Assembly: GCA_965216875.1 (NCBI GenBank)
Contig: OZ244207.1
Span: forward strand, 768,001-832,000
Length of the DNA: 64,000 nucleotides
Reading direction: 5' to 3'
Source of the DNA: Rubripirellula sp.
GTDB taxonomy: Bacteria > Planctomycetota > Planctomycetia > Pirellulales > Pirellulaceae
This document shows, in pieces, positions 56,816-64,000 of this stretch (within the stretch, counting starts at the first letter, position 1; each line of letters starts with the position of its first letter). The position numbers and the translations under genes are program-made. A model generated the notes under the pieces. That model searched no databases. It saw only the letters and a list, made by a program, of their open reading frames with translations, and was not told the DNA's origin.

Positions 56816-57787
56816 ATGAACGATCTCAAAGACAAAAAGATAGTCATCGCTGGCGGGAGCGGGTTTCTCGGCCGGTCGATGACCGAGGCTTTTTCGAGAT
56901 CCGGTGCATCGGTGACTGTCTTATCGCGATCAGACATGCCATCGGCAGAGGCGGTCACCTACGAAAAATGGGATGGTAGAACACTGGGGGCGTGGGTTCG
57001 ATCGCTCGAAGGTGCCGATTCGGTTGTGAATCTTGCTGGGCGGAGCGTAAATTGCATCAAAACACCTGACAACCAAGACGAGATCTTAAGGTCTCGTGTC
57101 GCGTCAACCGCGGTGCTAGGAAAGGCAATGCGGGAGTTGTCCGCACCACCGCCGGTATGGGTTCAGATGAGCACGGCGCACATCTACGGCGATCCGCCTG
57201 AGGTGGTGTGCACTGAAAACTCGGATCTCGGGATTGGGTTTGCGCCCACAGTCGGACAAGAGTGGGAACGAGCGTTCTTAGCCGGCTTGCTTCGCGATCA
57301 AAGAGGTGTCGTGATGCGAACGAGCTTCGTCGTTGGTCGAGATCGGGGCGCTGGAGGCGGTGCACTCGAGACGCTGCGGATGATCGCGAGGATGAGACTC
57401 GGCGGGCGCGTTGGTCGTGGCACTCAAGGCATGTCTTGGATCCATGAATCCGATCTTAATCGGTTGTTCATCAAGGCAACGACCGATCCGTCGATGCAAG
57501 GTGTGTACATCGCATCGGCACCCAACCCTGTTTCTCAGTCCGAATTCATGAGCGTTCTTCGAAAAGTGATGGGCATTCGAATCGGACTTCCGGCGACAGA
57601 GTGGATGGTCCGCATCGGCGCTCCACTCGTCATGCGGACCGATCCCGAACTCGCTCTCTATGGTCGGTACGTGGTCTCGAGTCGCTTGCGAGACGAAGGT
57701 TTTGAGTTTGAGTTCCCGGGACTGCAACAAGCGTTGACGGATCTGCTAGGCCAAGCGTCAAACGTCGCGGCAACGTCCGTTGGGTGA
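56816..57787 (+). CDS. TIGR01777/DUF1731 family NAD-dependent epimerase-like oxidoreductase
   Basis: [37 protein letters not shown]. Confidence 0.88.
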   Translation: MNDLKDKKIVIAGGSGFLGRSMTEAFSRSGASVTVLSRSDMPSAEAVTYEKWDGRTLGAWVRSLEGADSVVNLAGRSVNCIKTPDNQDEILRSRVASTAVLGKAMRELSAPPPVWVQMSTAHIYGDPPEVVCTENSDLGIGFAPTVGQEWERAFLAGLLRDQRGVVMRTSFVVGRDRGAGGGALETLRMIARMRLGGRVGRGTQGMSWIHESDLNRLFIKATTDPSMQGVYIASAPNPVSQSEFMSVLRKVMGIRIGLPATEWMVRIGAPLVMRTDPELALYGRYVVSSRLRDEGFEFEFPGLQQALTDLLGQASNVAATSVG

Positions 57788-57988
57788 ATCTTTCGCGTCT
57801 GAACACAGCCGGGGCAACGAAGCTCGCCCCTCGCCCTTTCTCGTTCATTGGGGCATGAGAGAACACTACGTGTTCACCTGATGTGTACGCACGTTCTTGG
57901 TTGTTGGGTGTTTGCAATTCAAATACGTTCTCAGTATCAAACATGGCGCTCGGTTTTAGCACCGAGTTTTGATACTTGGGGACACACA

Positions 57989-59869
57989 ATGCAAATCAAC
58001 GTTAACTACAAACTTGAACACCTCCCGTCCGAGCCTGGTAACTGGCTTCCGGGTTATCCGAATCCAGCAGACTTTCGTTTCGACTATTTCAAGCTGCTTG
58101 AAAACGCTCCGGAAGGTCTTGCTGCCATCGACGATTCGGTTGGTCGGCGGGTCGCGATCGTTGGCGCTGGTTGCGCGGGGATGACAGCGGCGCGTGAGTT
58201 GCATCGCTGCGGGTTCGATGTGACGATCTACGAGGCGAGTGAGCGAATTGGTGGTCGCCTTTTCACACGCGACAATCCGACCGGGCCAGAGCAAACGGGA
58301 ATGGAGATGGGCGCCATGCGGATGCCCTTTTTCAGTTTGCCGGGGTCAAAAAACAGCATCCTCGAGTATTACATGATGCATGAGGATCGAAGTCACGCGG
58401 CCGCGCCGGTGACCTTTCCGAACCCCGGATCCGCTCCCGGTGGCACCGGGATTTATATGAACGGCGGGCTCGGTCCAAAGGGGAGTTTCGACAAGCCCAC
58501 AATGATTGATTGGCCAGCTGGTACGGCGCCCGACAACAAGACGATCGCAAGTCTCGCAAAAAAGGCCACAAAGTTCATTGGCGCATTCGAAAACAACACA
58601 AAGAACATCTATACAGCTGACGACGATCGATGGGAAAAGCTGTGGGCCAAGATCGTCGAGTTTTATGAACCGATGACCTTTGGTGATTTGGTAAGACTTG
58701 CGTCAAAGAAGAAGCCCGATCTCGAGACGGGCGACTTTGGCGGGTTCGGCATGAACGAAAGCGAATCGAACCTGCTCTACACGATCGGTACCGGTGACGG
58801 CAGTTGGGGCGCCTTCTACAGCGTCTCGGCACTATGGTTCATTCGCTGCACGATGTTCGGCTTTGGCGGAAGTGAGCTACAAACGGTAGCGGGTTACTCA
58901 GACCAAGTTGGCATGCCCCACTACGGCGATTCCGTTCAGGATTCGGATGGGCGGCCGTTACCATCGCCAAGATTCCGCGGCATTCAGTCGCTCGTCGAGT
59001 ATCTCTATTTCGTACCGGCGCCCGGTTCACCGTCCTCGCTCTACGATGCTGACAACGTCCAACTTTATTCTCAGTCGCACGTTTCAACGATTGCGAAACT
59101 GCAAAACGGTAAAACACAGATTCTCGCCGAGAATCAGCCAGCCAAGTATTTTGACCACGTCTTTGTGACCTCTGGTCAATGGGCGTCGCAAATGTCGTTT
59201 CAACTCGAAGGCTTTTCGCAAGACGAATTGCCTCTGCTTAAGACGACCGCCGAACATGTCCAGCACAATATTTCGAGTTGCAAACTTTTCTTTCCGTTGA
59301 AAACCAAGTACTGGAATCTTCCCGGCAATCGGATCCCTCAGGTCATCGTCACTGATACCTTCCTGCAAGATGCCTACGCGCTCGACTGGGATGAATGCGA
59401 AGGGGATACCGGCGTGATGCTTGCGAGTTATACGTGGGAAGACGACTCGCTCAAACTGCTGCCCTTTTCTGAGGAAGAATTGGTGGCGAAAGTGATCGAA
59501 AAGATTCGCGAAATTACAGTGTCGACCGTCGGCCAAGACGTGACGCAGCACTTCGTTGCCGACAAACCGGTGACGTTGCAGTGGATCCTGCAACCGAGTT
59601 ACGACGGGTGTGCAAAGCTTTATCGTCAACGCAATGAATCGTTCAATCAGATCGACTTGGCATATAATCAGTATTACGGCGGCAAGTCAAACCTGTACTT
59701 TGTCGGCGAGAACTACTCAGTCGAAGGCGGCTGGACGGAACCGGCGCTTCGATCCGCACTCGATGGTGTCCTGCGTTTGCTAGACCAGAATGGAGCGGAG
59801 TTTAAGGTTCGAGATTTCGATTTTACGCGTGACTACCCAAGTTGGCCTGAACCGACCGAGTCGAGCTAG
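57989..59869 (+). CDS. Flavin-dependent amino acid 2-monooxygenase (tryptophan/lysine 2-monooxygenase, IaaM/DavB-like)
   Basis: DF.FDY, VAIVGAG..G..AA.EL, IGGRL, EMGAMRMP, FPNPG, SYTWEDD, GGW.E.A. Confidence 0.82.
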   Translation: MQINVNYKLEHLPSEPGNWLPGYPNPADFRFDYFKLLENAPEGLAAIDDSVGRRVAIVGAGCAGMTAARELHRCGFDVTIYEASERIGGRLFTRDNPTGPEQTGMEMGAMRMPFFSLPGSKNSILEYYMMHEDRSHAAAPVTFPNPGSAPGGTGIYMNGGLGPKGSFDKPTMIDWPAGTAPDNKTIASLAKKATKFIGAFENNTKNIYTADDDRWEKLWAKIVEFYEPMTFGDLVRLASKKKPDLETGDFGGFGMNESESNLLYTIGTGDGSWGAFYSVSALWFIRCTMFGFGGSELQTVAGYSDQVGMPHYGDSVQDSDGRPLPSPRFRGIQSLVEYLYFVPAPGSPSSLYDADNVQLYSQSHVSTIAKLQNGKTQILAENQPAKYFDHVFVTSGQWASQMSFQLEGFSQDELPLLKTTAEHVQHNISSCKLFFPLKTKYWNLPGNRIPQVIVTDTFLQDAYALDWDECEGDTGVMLASYTWEDDSLKLLPFSEEELVAKVIEKIREITVSTVGQDVTQHFVADKPVTLQWILQPSYDGCAKLYRQRNESFNQIDLAYNQYYGGKSNLYFVGENYSVEGGWTEPALRSALDGVLRLLDQNGAEFKVRDFDFTRDYPSWPEPTESS

Positions 59870-59924
59870 GGACTCGAGTCGGCCGTTGGAATCACGTCTC
59901 TTGTCCTCGCGTCCCAGCGGTGAA

Positions 59925-60920
59925 ATGTCGATGATTCGAAAGCCTTTTCTTTATGCTTTGGCAGCGACACTTTGCGTGACCTTTGCGTTCGTGTTTTGGC
60001 AGAGCACACTGAGTTCACAGCAGGATGGTTTCATTCCTCCGGATGCCGCCGCACGCAAAAAGGCCGTTGGTGACACGATTGACCTCGAGCTAAACCTTCG
60101 GGTCGCGTTCGATTCGAGCGACCAAGCATTTGCGCCGATCCCTGCCCTTGGACCGTCGAGTTGGCTGACGTCACAACGTGAGTCTGGGCAGACGTTTGAA
60201 GACTATCGAATCAGCGTTCCGAATCGACCTGATCAAATGAGGTCGACGATCTACATAGTTCCTTTGGGAAATTTCCCGGAAGAGCTTGCTCCGGACCTGG
60301 ACGAAGTCTCTGAGTTTGCGTCGGCCTATTTTGAGATGCCAGTGAAGAGGCTCGCGGGCCAGCGGATCGAGGATGTGCCCTTTCGGAGTCGAAGCCGCGC
60401 TCATGGCACGCAAATACTCACCGGCGATGTACTGAAGTGGTTACGAACTCAAGTACCTGACGACGCCTATTGTTTGCTCGCAGTCACGATGACGGACCTT
60501 TACAACGACCCCAGTTGGAATTTCGTCTTCGGTCAGGCTTCACTGCGAGACCGCGTGGGCGTGTACAGTTTCGCGAGATACCTCCCGCGAACGAGCGACA
60601 TTGGCATCAGCGAGGAAGACTGGCGATTGCTGATGCTGCGAAGTTGCAAAGTGCTTGCGCATGAAACGGGGCACATGTTCGGGATCAAACACTGCGTTCA
60701 CTATCACTGTTTGATGAATGGTTCCAACGGCCTCGACGAAACCGATGCCGCTCCCGTTCACTTCTGTCCCGTCTGCCTGCGAAAGTTGCACTTCGCCAAG
60801 CCGTTCGACATTCAAGGACGCTACGAAAACCTTCAATTGCTCAGCGAACGGTTCGGCTGGGACGAAGAAGCAAACTGGTATGCCGGCCGATTGCAGGTCC
60901 TCAACCGCCAACAAGATTGA
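59925..60920 (+). CDS. Archaemetzincin (peptidase M54) with an N-terminal anchor
   Basis: DLY....NFVFG.A, HETGHMFGIKHC, CLMNGSN, CPVC. Confidence 0.92.
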   Translation: MSMIRKPFLYALAATLCVTFAFVFWQSTLSSQQDGFIPPDAAARKKAVGDTIDLELNLRVAFDSSDQAFAPIPALGPSSWLTSQRESGQTFEDYRISVPNRPDQMRSTIYIVPLGNFPEELAPDLDEVSEFASAYFEMPVKRLAGQRIEDVPFRSRSRAHGTQILTGDVLKWLRTQVPDDAYCLLAVTMTDLYNDPSWNFVFGQASLRDRVGVYSFARYLPRTSDIGISEEDWRLLMLRSCKVLAHETGHMFGIKHCVHYHCLMNGSNGLDETDAAPVHFCPVCLRKLHFAKPFDIQGRYENLQLLSERFGWDEEANWYAGRLQVLNRQQD

Positions 60921-60978
60921 TCGAAGCTTCTGTTCCTGCTCGATCAAGATGATGATCCGGCATCACCTGCCTACCTCT

Positions 60979-63900
60979 TCACCGAATATCACTCGCATGG
61001 GAATCGACATCCAAAGTTGATGTTCGCGACTGGTTTTGTTTGCCGGTGCCGATCTGCGCAAAGAACAGGTCCGATGCCGTGACGCTTCGGGCAGGCCGAA
61101 AACGCGTATCTTTCACAAGCTTTTTCTCGGTTGCGTCGATTTGTTCAGGCACTCGCTCGTCCACCACAGTGGATACATCAGGCGACGTGGGCACTGGCAA
61201 GACGCCAACGATTGATTCGGCTTCCGCGCTTACTGCATTGATACGCCCCAGTTCGTTGATGACACGCAGTGCGTCCAGTGCTGTTGCGTTGTCGTCGCCA
61301 TTTTGGTCGTAGTACTTCCCCGGCCACGCATCAACTTGCAGCGGGTCGAGCAATCTTGCGTCTTCACGATTCGAGAAAGCTCGCGTCCCCAGTTCGTTGA
61401 TGATGGCCAATGCGTCGAGGGATGTCACTTCACCGTTGTTGTTGACGTCACCTGCTTGAACGATGTTTTGCCATGGCCGAGACAAGTCCGCATCGATGCT
61501 GTCGGCAGTGTCAATGTTCTCGATGGATCGGATGAATCGTCCGTCAACAATGGACGTCTCGCCCATGCGCCAATCGCCCGGGTCATCAAATCGGAGGTCG
61601 TCTTCTTCTCCGCCGCGAATTCGCAGCCGACTTGATGTGATTTGTGACACCGCCGTCCGGTCGAGTACCAAGATCTGCTGAGAAGAGTCTGTGAGATCAA
61701 TCGTTTCGATTTGGCTTGCGTTTAGGTTCCCGTCGCTGGTCAGATCGACTGACGTTGAAGGCCCCAGAAGCACAATCGCATCATCGCCTAAACCTCCATC
61801 GACCTGGACGGCATTTTCGGCCAAAGCGCTCACGTCGATAAGAATGTCATTTTCTATCGCATTGCCAAGAATGGTAATGCCGGGAAGGCTACCGGAGGGT
61901 GCCGAGAAAAGTGTTCCTGTCGAGTTGCCGATGGTCACACGATCGTCGATGACTTCCAGAATCGCGTCTTGATCCACGAGCGAAACGATCGGAGATTGGC
62001 TTTGATCGATGATCACCAATCTGTGATCTTCCACCTCGCCATCGTCTGCGAGTCCGGTGGGTGAGAGCCCGCCCGCACTGCTCAATCGAAACCTCGCATA
62101 CGTTCCACCGATCGTCGTGCCGGCAGGCACAGAGAATGCCAATTGGTTTGTGCCTTGCGAGAGATTGACGGAGTCGAAAACTTGTTCACTTAAACTCCAG
62201 GTCCCGTCTTGGTCAAAGTCGATCCAACCATCCAGCTTGCCTTGGGCTGATGCATTGATCAACAGGCTGGAATCGGTTGCGGAAGCAGGCAAGCTGACAA
62301 CGGATGTGCCTAGGGTCAAACCATCTTCATCCGCAACGTCGGTATTGTCGTCTCCTCCGGCCGTGTCCGTCCCGGCGAGGTCATCGGGTAGCCCGTCAGG
62401 TTCGTAATCGAGTTCACTGCCGAGTCGCAGTGCACTGCTCTGTGCGTGTCTTGCCCCGTCCTGGTCAAGTGTTACGGGATAGCTGTTCGCAAAACCTGAC
62501 TGGCTTGCCGCCGGCGCATCGCCGAAATCAAAGAGCGCGTCGTCGTTCAGAATCGTTGCCGTTGCTACCGAGGCCGTTCCGACGTCGTAGTTTCCGCCAT
62601 CGGTCACCGTTACAACAATCGTCTCATCAGGTTCAACGTGGTCATCATCGTTTGGATCGATCACGACCGACGCACTACTTGCACCGGCCGCAATAGTGAT
62701 TGTCCCGGCGAGGGCGGCGTAGTCATCACCGGGGGTCGCTGTTCCGCCGACATCGTACGTGACTGCGAGCTCTTGCGAGTCATCGCCAACGCGGGTGAAT
62801 GTGTAGGTCAGAGTTTCGACGCCGTCTTCGTTGACGCTTGATGGCGAGACCGCGACCGAAACGGTTGGATCGGAATCGTCATTGACAATCGTGCCCGAAG
62901 CAGATGCAGGCGTGCCGACGTCGTAGTTTCCGCCATCGGTAACCGTAACAACAATCGTCTCATCAGGTTCAACCCGATCGTCGTCGTTCGGATCGATCAC
63001 CACCGACGCACTACTTGAACCGGCCGCAATGGTGACCGTTCCGGCCAGAGCAGCGTAATCGTCACCAGGTGTTGCTGTTCCGCCAACATCGTATGTGACA
63101 GTCAGCGCTTGCGAGTCGTCGCCGACGCGCGTAAACGTGTACGCAATGCTGTTCGTGCCGTTCTCATCAACCGAAAGCGGCGACGCCGAGACGGTAACGG
63201 TTGGCAACGGCTCGTCGTTGGTGATCGTTCCGGTTGCTGATGAGAGGGCACCCAACGTGTATTGACGGCCGAAGGCCAGATTCACAACGACAGTCTCATC
63301 GGGCTCGAGCAAATCGTCGTCGGTAGGATCAATGACGAGAGTGGCTTCGAGCGAACCAGCTGGAATCGTAATGGTCCCGGACAACGCCGGGTAATCGACT
63401 CCGTTCATTGCTGTTCCGGCTACCTCGTAGTTCACGGCGAGATCAAGCACGGATTCTCGCTCGCGTGCGAACGTGTAAACGAGCGTGCCCGAACCATCCT
63501 CGTTTGTCTGCGGGGAAGTTGCTGTGACCGAAACTTCGAAGGGATCGACCGGGGCGTCAAAGTCGCGATCCGTGATGTCATTCGCCGTTAACAATAACGG
63601 GTATTGAGAAATCGAAATGTCGTCCGAGTATTTCAAACCAAGCTGTGGACCAAAGGGGTCTGCGTCTTGGCTTGGTGCTGCGATCGCGATTCGGTCGGTC
63701 GATTTTCCGTTTAGCTGAAACTCACCAGTAAAGACGGGGATTCGCCGAGTTGCGCCATAGAGCACATTGATCTGAAAAACCTCCACGTTGCCGCCAGTGT
63801 CAAGGACTTGCACCGATGCGACCACGTTGTTGTTGACAGGTGTTGTGGAGGTAACGACCAAGCTTCCAGTGCGATCGTTGTACGTAATGTCATTGACCGC

Positions 63901-63999
63901 GCCTCTTGGGTTTCCGCTTCCAAAACCTTCGAGCGTCTCCAATTCCGCAAAACAGTTATCCACGACCCCACTCGATTCGACGTTGCAAAAGAACACGGT
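60979..63999 (-). CDS. Large surface protein with Calx-beta repeats, a GEVED domain and a dockerin-like domain (5' end beyond the window)
   Basis: Three Calx-beta units (GTA..G.DY...EPDET...TI.ND), DFGDAP, WIDFDQDG, GEVEDH, GDVNNNGEVTSLDAL..INEL; frame open to the window end. Confidence 0.9.
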   Translation of the reverse strand, partial: TVFFCNVESSGVVDNCFAELETLEGFGSGNPRGAVNDITYNDRTGSLVVTSTTPVNNNVVASVQVLDTGGNVEVFQINVLYGATRRIPVFTGEFQLNGKSTDRIAIAAPSQDADPFGPQLGLKYSDDISISQYPLLLTANDITDRDFDAPVDPFEVSVTATSPQTNEDGSGTLVYTFARERESVLDLAVNYEVAGTAMNGVDYPALSGTITIPAGSLEATLVIDPTDDDLLEPDETVVVNLAFGRQYTLGALSSATGTITNDEPLPTVTVSASPLSVDENGTNSIAYTFTRVGDDSQALTVTYDVGGTATPGDDYAALAGTVTIAAGSSSASVVIDPNDDDRVEPDETIVVTVTDGGNYDVGTPASASGTIVNDDSDPTVSVAVSPSSVNEDGVETLTYTFTRVGDDSQELAVTYDVGGTATPGDDYAALAGTITIAAGASSASVVIDPNDDDHVEPDETIVVTVTDGGNYDVGTASVATATILNDDALFDFGDAPAASQSGFANSYPVTLDQDGARHAQSSALRLGSELDYEPDGLPDDLAGTDTAGGDDNTDVADEDGLTLGTSVVSLPASATDSSLLINASAQGKLDGWIDFDQDGTWSLSEQVFDSVNLSQGTNQLAFSVPAGTTIGGTYARFRLSSAGGLSPTGLADDGEVEDHRLVIIDQSQSPIVSLVDQDAILEVIDDRVTIGNSTGTLFSAPSGSLPGITILGNAIENDILIDVSALAENAVQVDGGLGDDAIVLLGPSTSVDLTSDGNLNASQIETIDLTDSSQQILVLDRTAVSQITSSRLRIRGGEEDDLRFDDPGDWRMGETSIVDGRFIRSIENIDTADSIDADLSRPWQNIVQAGDVNNNGEVTSLDALAIINELGTRAFSNREDARLLDPLQVDAWPGKYYDQNGDDNATALDALRVINELGRINAVSAEAESIVGVLPVPTSPDVSTVVDERVPEQIDATEKKLVKDTRFRPARSVTASDLFFAQIGTGKQNQSRTSTLDVDSHASDIR

Positions 64000-64000
64000 C

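Noticed and set aside
57989..59869. Assigning the symbol iaaM
   Set aside because: Substrate specificity cannot be read from the motifs, and no iaaH is adjacent.
1..64000. tRNA, rRNA, riboswitch, IS/transposase, integrase, prophage or anti-phage defence genes
   Set aside because: None recognised by eye. A covariance-model search (tRNAscan-SE, Rfam) would be needed to exclude small RNAs.

Overview
This 64 kb window looks like chromosome from a planctomycete, probably Pirellulaceae-like. That is an inference from its DUF1559 prepilins, DUF1592/DUF1552 pair, PVC-type heme protein, three sulfatases, dockerin-like C-termini and repeat families. I can support about 53 CDS and saw no rRNA, tRNA, CRISPR array, transposase or integrase. 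Notable blocks: (1) 25.9-33.5 kb, a compact type IV-filament/T2SS-like operon with a short GspE ATPase, three tandem GspF/PilC-like genes, three minor pilins and two DUF1559 pilins, but no secretin or prepilin peptidase. (2) 34.6-42.6 kb, a co-directional cluster of heme proteins, DUF1592, DUF1552, an ECF sigma factor and an anti-sigma, ending in a small exported protein resembling a bare secretin core. (3) 48.5-57.8 kb, a light/UV-stress cluster with a class II photolyase fused to a renalase-like flavoprotein, a DUF429-like nuclease, DUF2256, pirin, an SDR and a second photolyase/cryptochrome. (4) An IaaM/DavB-like amino acid 2-monooxygenase. The intergenic DNA carries at least six REP-like palindrome families, a 171-bp BIME-like mosaic and a 95-bp purine-rich tandem array with an inverted cap. 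All product calls come from motif recognition by eye; no database search was run.
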